Source: a virus
Lineage: Duplodnaviria; Heunggongvirae; Uroviricota; Caudoviricetes
Strand: one strand, 5' to 3'
IMG/VR virus record: IMGVR_UViG_3300023371_000083
DNA: 40,561 nt
The notes under the pieces were generated by a model that saw only the letters and a program-made list of their open reading frames with translations, searched no databases and was not told where the DNA came from. The translations under genes were made by a program, and so were the position numbers. Below are positions 32,838 through 40,561 of this stretch, piece by piece. Each line of letters begins with the position of its first letter. Positions within the stretch are counted from its first letter, which is position 1.

Positions 32838-32866
32838 ATTATAGCAGAAGTCTTGTGAAATATCAA
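32838..32866 (-). promoter_or_regulatory. sigmaA-type promoter
   Basis: TTGATA-17 nt-TATAAT with extended -10 TG. Confidence 0.7.
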
Positions 32867-32894
32867 CAATTTGAAGCCAAAAGGTTGTTGCATA

Positions 32895-33300
32895 ATTGTA
32901 CTATTATATCTAATTATAATTATATATATTATATAATTTATTAAATTTATAATTATTATATCTATAACTAATATCTATTGTATTATATATATTAATATAT
33001 ATATTATATATATTATAATATTTATATATTATATATAAATAATGTTTACTAATAATATCTTTAAGTAGATATTATAGATTATTGTTTACTAATATATATA
33101 TTTATTTAGATATATTATAACATTGTTTAATAATCTCTTTTGTTTTTTAGATACGATTTTTTAAATTGTGTTAACAATTTAAAAAGAATATAGAATAGTA
33201 AACCAAGATTATTAGTAAACCTTTTTATTAGTAAACCATGTTTAATATTAAGCTATATAGTTAAACAATGTTTAATAATAAGCTATATATAATAATATAA
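32895..33300. other. Extremely AT-rich non-coding tract with short repeats at the strand switch
   Basis: Near-pure A/T; TAGTAAAC/GTTTACTA five times; ATGTTTAATAnTAAGCTATATA twice. Confidence 0.7.
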
Positions 33301-34122
33301 CGATTTTCTCTTTTCTTGCGAATGTCGCAAGGAATGAGAAAGAGGAGTACCACTACAATGTAAGGTTGCCAGAAAAGAGAATATGTGGTACGAACTCAGC
33401 TAAGATCTCATTTGTTAAATTATATCTGTTGTTGTTAACACACAAAGCACTTTTCCAACTGATGGATTTTTCGGCCATGTTGATCAGTGAAAAGATGCTT
33501 TGCTGTTTTTCGCTCTGCTGTAGCAGCGCTCAATGAAAAAACAAATCATTGAATAAGGTTCTCCTGTTTCATATTGCTTTCTCCTTGGTTTATCGGGTAT
33601 TCATTTTTTAGCAAACCAATATTTCAACAGGAGAACTCCGTGTGTTTTCTGATCATCGAGCTTCAATGATATGTGTTTTTCCGCTTTTTATCTAATTTTT
33701 TAAAATTTATACTTATTTACCGTTTGTTTTTAAGGGTATGCTTGGAATTTCCCTAGTTTTTTGTAGGGGTATTCTAGCATACCTTTTTTTAATTTGTTTT
33801 CGATATTTAGGACGCATTTGCCGAAAATCTATCAAATGATGAAAACATGAGGGTGAAGATGAGGAGATTTGGACGGAAGTTGAGATTTTGGGTGAGTTTG
33901 TGGAGGGACTAGCTCCCCCTGTATATATAAAAAGCCCGGAAAATCAAGGTTTTTTGTACCCCCGGTTACGCTCCTAAAATTTTCGTAAAATGCCCATTTT
34001 TCGACCCTCAAAATTTTGCAAGACAGCCTCGATTTTCGGTACTATGTACCTGCCACCGACGGCGGTGGTAGAAACTATATAACTATCCCATTGAGGGACA
34101 TCGAAGAAAAGAGGTTTTAAGT

Positions 34123-34617
34123 ATGACAAACACAACAAACAACAACACAACAAACAACAACGAAGTAACAAGAAACGATGTAGTCAACACACTGAAAAAA
34201 ATGAAAAAAGATGAGTTAATCAATAGCATGATTACACTCATGGAAGTAACAAACAATCTGCAAAAACAGATTGACGAATTGAAAGCCGACAAGGTTTCTG
34301 CTAAAGCAGAAAAGCCTAGCAAGAAAGCAGAGCCTAAAAAAGAGTACGGCGAAAGTAATACAATTACTTTCACAAAACTCGGCAAAAATGGTATCGAATA
34401 CGAATATGCCGATGGCGGTTATGTAAGACATAAAGGCTTCAGAATGTATATCAATTCCGTACTTAAAAACAACGGAGCAAAGTGGAATAAAGATGCGAAA
34501 GAATGGCGTTTTGATACCACTAAAGCTCGTGACGCCTTCATGAAAGCCAACAAGGGCGAATTGGTATTCACAACAAAACAAGTCGATGAATATTTTGCAG
34601 GACTGCCTCAGAAATGA
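34123..34617 (+). CDS. Hypothetical early-type protein
   Basis: AGAGG RBS, 164 aa, followed by a terminator. Confidence 0.75.
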   Translation: MTNTTNNNTTNNNEVTRNDVVNTLKKMKKDELINSMITLMEVTNNLQKQIDELKADKVSAKAEKPSKKAEPKKEYGESNTITFTKLGKNGIEYEYADGGYVRHKGFRMYINSVLKNNGAKWNKDAKEWRFDTTKARDAFMKANKGELVFTTKQVDEYFAGLPQK

Positions 34618-34631
34618 GTGCAACCAAAGTC

Positions 34632-34660
34632 GAGGGGTGTAAAAACCCCTCACTTTTTTT
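34632..34660 (+). terminator. Rho-independent terminator
   Basis: GAGGGG-TGTAAAAA-CCCCTC-ACTTTTTTT. Confidence 0.7.
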
Positions 34661-35358
34661 ATGCCATTTTATTCCGGATCAACTCCATAGTTGGTCAATT
34701 TTTTTCGCTCTCTGTCGGTACAGTTTTGCAGGGTTCAACTCCCTAGGAGCGATTTAATAAAAACCGTCACTCCACCCTATTTTGAGGGGCGGTTAATAAA
34801 CAGCCGAAATCTGATGTGTGTTTTATGCTAGGCGTTGCCGTAATCAGATTGCAACTCGGTTGGTACTTGCATGACAAGTACAACAGCACATTGACAATAA
34901 AGATTTCCGCAATAGATGACTACAAGAAATTGAGGGCTTCTAGGAAATCGGAATAAATGCTTGTAGGGATAACAGTGAACCTATACATCTTTGGCAGTGA
35001 GGAAAAATTGCCAGTACACAAGACGCATCAATACTGTTGGGTGCGTTGCAGGTGAAACCGCTGATGACACACTTAGCATGGGAAGGAGTGAATAATAATA
35101 ATGCTAAACAACATCAGCCGTTAGCGTCACCTCGTACAGAAGATGCACACGGCGGAGAAGGACGCTAGGAAGGGGAAGAAGCATGAGCATGATTGTGGTT
35201 TGGTTGTAAGTATTCAGCTTTATACCTATATATGCATCAGTATATGGTGTTAATGTATATATACATACACTATATATTGATAAGTATATAGGTATATGGG
35301 TGTATACATACACCTCAATAATATTACTCAACTATATACATGAAAGGTGGTCGTCATT

Positions 35359-36207
35359 ATGACAACAACAGACAAAACAAAAACAACAACAACAAAAAAA
35401 TCCACAACAAAAACAACTAAGACAACAAAGATGCAGACAGTTGGTAGAGTACACATGAGAGTGAAGAAAGTTGATTTCTCCAATGTCACTCAGTTGACAA
35501 TCCAGTACCTCAAAACTTATCAGGTGCTGTATCTTGCTCAGGCTCGACTGGCTAATCACTACACAAATGTTGTGGCTGGTCTGATGAAACAGATTGAAAC
35601 CATCGACGAAAGATGTGCGACAGAGGACAATAGACCTCGTACACCTGAAGAAGAAGAAGCAGTACACGCAATTAAATTAAAACTGACACAGGAAGAAACA
35701 AAAAATACTGACCGCAAGAGCAAAATCAACGAGGAGAAAAAGAAAGTAATGAATTACTTTTTCAAGGATCGTGAATATGAATACGACCTGTTCAACGCCT
35801 ATAAAAAGATGGTGGAAAACGGAAGAAACGCAGATGCAACAGGAAGATGGGAATATATCCATGCTTGTGTAGACTTCCTGAAAAAAATGGGTTGCATCGA
35901 CAAATATGACAACAAGGCAAATAGCGGTTCCGCTGAAATCAGAAGAATTGCGGATATCCTGCATGATGCAGTCGGCTATAAAATGCAGTCTGGTAAATTC
36001 CTGTTAGAAAATCCTGATACAGAAATGCTGACAACCAACATGAATAAAAATGCCTTCCAGACAATCTTCTTAGCAACATTCAGAGATATTCTGGTATCCA
36101 ATAATGTTCTGGAGTACAAAGAAGACCAGAATATGCGTACAAAATTCTGGGCAGAACTGCTGGGTAGTGATATCGCAGTATATCCCGCTGCTGGTCAGTC
36201 CAAATAA
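35359..36207 (+). CDS. Hypothetical protein (282 aa)
   Basis: AAAGGTGG RBS before ATG 35359; Thr/Lys-rich N-terminus. Confidence 0.75.
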   Translation: MTTTDKTKTTTTKKSTTKTTKTTKMQTVGRVHMRVKKVDFSNVTQLTIQYLKTYQVLYLAQARLANHYTNVVAGLMKQIETIDERCATEDNRPRTPEEEEAVHAIKLKLTQEETKNTDRKSKINEEKKKVMNYFFKDREYEYDLFNAYKKMVENGRNADATGRWEYIHACVDFLKKMGCIDKYDNKANSGSAEIRRIADILHDAVGYKMQSGKFLLENPDTEMLTTNMNKNAFQTIFLATFRDILVSNNVLEYKEDQNMRTKFWAELLGSDIAVYPAAGQSK

Positions 36208-36306
36208 TCTCGGCACGGCGTAAGGGAAATTGGCTTGGCGTAAGGGAAATAAACCTTAAACGGCAAAGCCGAAATCAGAAATGAATATATACAAGGGAAA
36301 TTACAG

Positions 36307-36338
36307 CCGGAGCCAAAAAAAGGTTCCGGTTTTAATTT
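36307..36338 (+). terminator. Terminator-like hairpin
   Basis: CCGGAGCC-A7-GGTTCCGG-TTTT. Confidence 0.55.
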
Positions 36339-36362
36339 CAGCATAAAAAAGGAGAATGCATT

Positions 36363-36806
36363 ATGAATAAAAATATTACACCTACAAATTCCAGTTGGGA
36401 CACAAGATACGAAGAAATCGTTGATGAAATCAATAAAGTGTTTGCACTTTCTCCATTGTACGGTGGTTATGATGATGAGCAATTAATAGAGATTTTTGGC
36501 ACAGAAAATCTGGAAGAAATCTCCGTCAATAAAACAATCTGGGAGATTTATAAAAAAATTAGAGAATGGAAACTCAGAAATTCTTTCAAAGTTGGCTCTA
36601 TCGTAATTTGTCACGATAGTTTTGATGCGGAAACTAAAGGTGTAGTCATTGAAATAGATAGTGACATCCTCTCCATTCTTGCAAGAGATGGTGTACATCA
36701 TTGTGTGTCAGCAATGGTAACAAATACTGGTATCTGTATCGACATGGACAACACATTCAGAACTGTTGATGTGACAGTAAAAAATTATAAAAGGGGGCTG
36801 ATTTAA
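36363..36806 (+). CDS. Hypothetical protein
   Basis: AAGGAG RBS; resembles the ORF at 40101 (EIFG...WK...K/R-V/I-G). Confidence 0.7.
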   Translation: MNKNITPTNSSWDTRYEEIVDEINKVFALSPLYGGYDDEQLIEIFGTENLEEISVNKTIWEIYKKIREWKLRNSFKVGSIVICHDSFDAETKGVVIEIDSDILSILARDGVHHCVSAMVTNTGICIDMDNTFRTVDVTVKNYKRGLI

Positions 36807-36807
36807 T

Positions 36808-36954
36808 ATGAAAAATAGACTGGAATATGAATACGAAAAACCGAGAACGGAAAATGATAATGAACCCATCACAGAAGAAATGTTTATGATGGGACAGACG
36901 GAAATCAATAGTATCATCCGTAAGGCTGATAATTGTACACACAGATAGTATTGA
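36808..36954 (+). CDS. Small hypothetical protein (ends TAG-TAT-TGA)
   Basis: AGGGGG RBS; MKNRLEYEYEKPRTEND...; followed by a terminator. Confidence 0.5.
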
Positions 36955-36955
36955 T

Positions 36956-36988
36956 CCCCTGCTTGAATTATTGAGCAGGGGCTTTTTT
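36956..36988 (+). terminator. Rho-independent terminator
   Basis: CCCCTGCTT...GAGCAGGGG-CTTTTTT. Confidence 0.7.
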
Positions 36989-37006
36989 ATGTCAGGAGTT
37001 GAGCAA

Positions 37007-37138
37007 ATGGAAATTAAAAAGAAATACATACCAGACGGAAATCAGGGACATTGGTTATTGTTTTCAAACGGTAAATTCCTGTGTAGTTGTGATGACTCTG
37101 AATTAAGTGAAACATTAAGAGAAATTGAAGGGAGATAA
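37007..37138 (+). CDS. Small hypothetical protein (43 aa)
   Basis: AGGAG RBS; MEIKKKYIPDGNQGHWLLFSNGKFLCSCDD... Confidence 0.6.
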   Translation: MEIKKKYIPDGNQGHWLLFSNGKFLCSCDDSELSETLREIEGR

Positions 37139-37143
37139 AAATT

Positions 37144-37365
37144 ATGAGTATCATGGAAAGAAAAATTCGTAGAGCAAAAAAAGCAAGGGAAAATGCGTTA
37201 CTGAAACAGAGGGTAACAGGTTTGTTTCTGATTTTTGCAAGTGCTATGTTGCTGTGGCTGGATAATGATATTACTGGACTGATATGCCTGTCCCCGTTTT
37301 ATCTTCCTGCAATTCTGGCAAAAGAGCCTTTTATGTTTAACGAAAATGAGGTGAATGACAGATGA
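37144..37365 (+). CDS. Small membrane protein
   Basis: Two hydrophobic segments; GGGAG RBS. Confidence 0.65.
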   Translation: MSIMERKIRRAKKARENALLKQRVTGLFLIFASAMLLWLDNDITGLICLSPFYLPAILAKEPFMFNENEVNDR

Positions 37366-37571
37366 AAACATATTATTTCAGCGTTAGTAAGAAAAATATG
37401 ATGGTTGCAGTTAAGTTCTGTAATAGAATTGGCGTCAGATTTTCATGTTCTGCACAAGCGGAAGAAGAAAGATGCTTTTTTGTTGTAGAAGTTGATAAAA
37501 AAGAAAAGACAGCTAAAACAAGTGCGTTATCCAACATTCTCGAAGGGATTGGTGAAACACTTTATTGCTAA
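37362..37571 (+). CDS. Hypothetical protein
   Basis: ATGA overlap; GAGGTG RBS. Confidence 0.6.
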   Translation: MKTYYFSVSKKNMMVAVKFCNRIGVRFSCSAQAEEERCFFVVEVDKKEKTAKTSALSNILEGIGETLYC

Positions 37572-37583
37572 AGGGGTGAAAAA

Positions 37584-37847
37584 ATGACTGATTTGACAAC
37601 ATATATTGGCAAATGCTTTAAGCGTGGCTATGAATATAGAAAAATCACAAAAGTATTCGCAAATGGATCTGTAAGAGTAACGGAAATTGATTTAAGTGAT
37701 GATGCAAGAGAAATTCATAACTGTTGGACTTGCGGAATTTACGGATATGAATTTATGAGAACTTGGGATGAAATTCCTGAATGTGAATATAACAAAGCAG
37801 CCGGAGAAGTATTAACAGACATCAGAAAATTCCTAATTGGCTATTAA
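37584..37847 (+). CDS. Hypothetical protein
   Basis: AGGGGTGA RBS, 87 aa. Confidence 0.65.
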   Translation: MTDLTTYIGKCFKRGYEYRKITKVFANGSVRVTEIDLSDDAREIHNCWTCGIYGYEFMRTWDEIPECEYNKAAGEVLTDIRKFLIGY

Positions 37848-37859
37848 AGGGGGATACAA

Positions 37860-38093
37860 ATGGAATTTAGCAAAGAAATAATTGAGGTATTTGAATATCT
37901 CGGAAACCAGATGGGTATTGCTGTAGACTGGACTTCTGAAAATGTTATGCCATACATTACAGAACTTTGCGGAAAATACATTGATTGGGAAATCGCAACT
38001 TCTGTGGCTTGGTTTGTGATGGCTTTCATTATGTTACTTGGAGCTATTTGGTTTGCAAAAAGGTATGTTTTATATTGTAGACGGCTGGGGTAG
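37860..38093 (+). CDS. Membrane protein, probably C-terminally truncated
   Basis: Good RBS; GIAVDWTSENVMPY followed by one TM helix; runs out of frame into the next gene. Confidence 0.55.
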   Translation: MEFSKEIIEVFEYLGNQMGIAVDWTSENVMPYITELCGKYIDWEIATSVAWFVMAFIMLLGAIWFAKRYVLYCRRLG

Positions 38094-38676
38094 ATTTATG
38101 GCGAGTAATATGCTTGATACCCCCAAAACAGAACTGGAATGTCAGATTGATTTTGATGCTCCAACAGATATTCGTGCAAGAAAACTGATGGAAGCAAGAC
38201 TGTTTGCGGAACAGACACAGGATTTGGAAACAGTAAAACCTATTCAGAAACATAAAGCAAACCTGCTTCTGGGCGACAGAACAGCAACAATTCTGGAAAA
38301 CGCATGTAATGAATATGGTGTTTTGATTGTGGCAAACACAGGTCAGAGAGGCGTAAGAACACTTGGCTCTTATTCTGATTGCTATAAACTGGCAAGATCT
38401 ATTGGCGAAGATAATGTAAAACTGCTGTTTGAAACAATCGCTAGACTGGGTTGGCATGAAGAAAAGAACGGTTATTCTCGTTGCGTCATGACAGGTCTTG
38501 GCAAAGCTATTGCTGGTGCTGGTGATAAAGCGGAAGCCCAGAGAAGAATTGTTGATATGCTGAGAGAAACAACACCTGAAAGACTGAGAGCAAATGCTGT
38601 TACAAGATATCCTCAGCGTCACGATACAACAGCATCTGTTCTGTATGTTGAAGATATTGTAAACGGAGTGATTTGA
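38038..38676 (+). CDS. ParB/Srx-like domain protein, apparently lacking its N-terminus
   Basis: FYIVDGWGRF motif only ~10 aa from the start; no RBS. Confidence 0.5.
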   Translation: MELFGLQKGMFYIVDGWGRFMASNMLDTPKTELECQIDFDAPTDIRARKLMEARLFAEQTQDLETVKPIQKHKANLLLGDRTATILENACNEYGVLIVANTGQRGVRTLGSYSDCYKLARSIGEDNVKLLFETIARLGWHEEKNGYSRCVMTGLGKAIAGAGDKAEAQRRIVDMLRETTPERLRANAVTRYPQRHDTTASVLYVEDIVNGVI

Positions 38677-38891
38677 TGGGACATGTTTATGACTACGGAG
38701 CCATTTTAAGATGTGTTCCAGAGGACTTAGCAAGGGAAATCAAAAGTCTGGATTACAATAAAAAAACACGCTGCATTATTCTTCTGGAGTTGGGTATTAA
38801 CCTGACTCTGGAAGATGTCCAATATATTAAATCTTTGAAAAATGAAACTCAGCTTTCAAATTATGCAAGAAAATTAATTTTTTCTTGTTGA
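38676..38891 (+). CDS. Hypothetical protein
   Basis: TGATG coupling; GGAGTGA RBS. Confidence 0.6.
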   Translation: MGHVYDYGAILRCVPEDLAREIKSLDYNKKTRCIILLELGINLTLEDVQYIKSLKNETQLSNYARKLIFSC

Positions 38892-38953
38892 CATTTTTGC
38901 AGGCTTTTGATAATGTAATCCTAAATTAAAAAATATTGTTGAGGTGAAAAATC

Positions 38954-39127
38954 ATGTATTGCGGAAAATATTATGTAATTAATATTATGCCTGATTGTGA
39001 ACATCCGGGGGCTAAAATGGAAATTTATGTGCCAGATGACAGAGAAGCAGAGGAGTATATTAATTGGTATCTGAAAGGGATCTTACGTGATAATATTTGT
39101 CACAGCATTGAATGGGATTTTGTGTAA
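38954..39127 (+). CDS. Small hypothetical protein (57 aa)
   Basis: GAGGTGA RBS; MYCGKYYVINIMPD...EIYVPDDREAEEYI. Confidence 0.6.
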   Translation: MYCGKYYVINIMPDCEHPGAKMEIYVPDDREAEEYINWYLKGILRDNICHSIEWDFV

Positions 39128-39176
39128 TTTTTTTGCGAAATTCTAAACTAAAAAATATTGTAGAAGGAGAGTTGTT

Positions 39177-39764
39177 ATGCCAAATTGGTGTTATACAAAA
39201 ATTGATATCATAAGCCAAAACAAAAATCAACTTAGTGAACTACACCGATTACTTAATGAATGGACAAGTAAAAATTTCATGGAAAACGGCTTTGGTCTTA
39301 ATTGGCTTGGAAATATCGTTGGACATTCTGGTATCGGAACTGTTGACACAGGCGATGCAAATGAATTGAGGTGTCGTGGAACATTAGATTACAACGATTT
39401 AGAAAATGGAATTCTACACATTGATACATGTACCGCTTGGGCTCCGATGTTGAAAATGTGGCGAAAACTTATTGAGAAATATGTTCCTGATGCGGAAATC
39501 ATCTATGCAGCGGAAGAACCTGGTTGTGAATTATTTGAAACAAATGATCCAGATTATATTGGGTTATATATTATTGATTCTATGAGAGAAGATGTTTGCA
39601 GTGATTATGAAGCAACAGAAGAAGATGTAATTCTTGTGCTGCAACAAATTCTTAACACAACAGAAAATGACTTAGATGATTTGTTATGGGAACTTACAGA
39701 CTCGAATATTGACGACATTTATATTCATAAATGGCAAAACGGAAACATTGAAGATTGGGATTAA
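39177..39764 (+). CDS. DUF1281/Api92-like (YubB ferredoxin-like domain) protein
   Basis: MPNWC N-terminus, TAWAP, EEPG motifs. Confidence 0.65.
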   Translation: MPNWCYTKIDIISQNKNQLSELHRLLNEWTSKNFMENGFGLNWLGNIVGHSGIGTVDTGDANELRCRGTLDYNDLENGILHIDTCTAWAPMLKMWRKLIEKYVPDAEIIYAAEEPGCELFETNDPDYIGLYIIDSMREDVCSDYEATEEDVILVLQQILNTTENDLDDLLWELTDSNIDDIYIHKWQNGNIEDWD

Positions 39765-39777
39765 AAGAGGTAAAACA

Positions 39778-40104
39778 ATGGTTCAAATTGGAGATAGATA
39801 TGGGCGACTTGTTGTTATTGAGGAAGTCCCCAAAATTCATAGACACAGAAGATATTTATGCAGATGTGATTGTGGCAATATGCATGAAGTTGATACCCAC
39901 AATTTAGAGCATGGACAGACAAAATCATGTGGATGTTTAGCGACTGAAACGAGAAAGAAAAATGCCAAAAAGATAGGGTATGGCAATCTAAAATATGTGG
40001 GTTGTAGATGGTGCGATTGCGACAAACATTATGCAAAAGGACTTTGCAAAAAATGTTACCAAAAAGCATTGAACGAAAAACAAAGAGAGGTAAAAAGCAA
40101 ATGA
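39778..40104 (+). CDS. Zn-binding protein of the type found N-terminal to HNH/AP2 nucleases
   Basis: GDRYGRLVVI...CRCDCGN...SCGC plus HYAKGLCKKCY; AGAGG RBS. Confidence 0.65.
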   Translation: MVQIGDRYGRLVVIEEVPKIHRHRRYLCRCDCGNMHEVDTHNLEHGQTKSCGCLATETRKKNAKKIGYGNLKYVGCRWCDCDKHYAKGLCKKCYQKALNEKQREVKSK

Positions 40105-40561
40105 TGAACAAATTATATAATACAATGATGAAAATTTATAACTCTGACAAAGAGGGTGGTTTTACCTCTAAAGAATTGGGTGAAATTTTCGGGAAAAATA
40201 TGAAGAAAAAAGATATTTTGAGTCTGAATTATCAGACAATTCTTGAACTGGTTGATGTCTGGAAAGAGAAAAAAACAATTCGTATTGGTGATGTAGTAAA
40301 AATTAAACCTTTTGGTGATCTTGGCGTTTGTATTGGCAGAAAAGATGATAATTCTATTAATGTCCTGCTTCCTAATGGCGACATGTTGTTTGGAGAGTCT
40401 GATTTTATTAAAGTATATAGTCAGGCTGTTGATATTAAAGGGTTTATGAATCTTGTAAAAGAAGCCTGTATTGAAACAATGCCGGTAAAAGAAATGATGC
40501 AAGCGAAACCTAAAATGACATTCAAAAAAGGTCAATATGTTACAGCAGCCGATCCATCTTG
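40101..40561 (+). CDS. Hypothetical protein, partial (runs off the window)
   Basis: ATGA overlap; frame open to the window end. Confidence 0.65.
   Translation, partial: MMNKLYNTMMKIYNSDKEGGFTSKELGEIFGKNMKKKDILSLNYQTILELVDVWKEKKTIRIGDVVKIKPFGDLGVCIGRKDDNSINVLLPNGDMLFGESDFIKVYSQAVDIKGFMNLVKEACIETMPVKEMMQAKPKMTFKKGQYVTAADPS

Noticed and set aside
35221..35340. TA-rich inverted repeat (TATACCTATATA/TATATAGGTATA)
   Set aside because: Low-complexity alternating sequence pairs easily by chance; no further support.

Overview
This window is an AT-rich segment of a large tailed phage or prophage with SPbeta-like gene order; a Firmicutes host is inferred from AGGAGG RBSs and sigmaA promoters. The minus strand (1-32.8 kb) carries a YonO-like single-subunit RNA polymerase, ClpP, HU and a ~6 kb tRNA/ncRNA island. 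The island holds 13 intact tRNAs, one ORF-split tRNA, Ro60/TROVE with six Y-RNA-like units, and three homing endonucleases. An ArfA-like gene, nucleases, terminase, portal, head, tail and tape-measure genes follow. An AT-rich divergent region at ~32.9-34 kb separates this from small plus-strand early-type genes. Main result: the ORF track is fragmented because TAG is a sense codon here. I counted 38 in-frame TAGs in 21 minus-strand genes; reading through them restores full genes, all ending in TAA/TGA where the end lies in the window. Where the position is diagnostic the TAG sits at a tyrosine, not glutamine, including reciprocal TAG/Tyr alignments between two paralogous GIY-YIG nucleases in this window. 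A tRNA-Tyr-like amber suppressor (anticodon CUA) lies at 26911-26994. CDS coordinates below assume TAG=Tyr. Family assignments come from remembered motifs and synteny, not from database searches.
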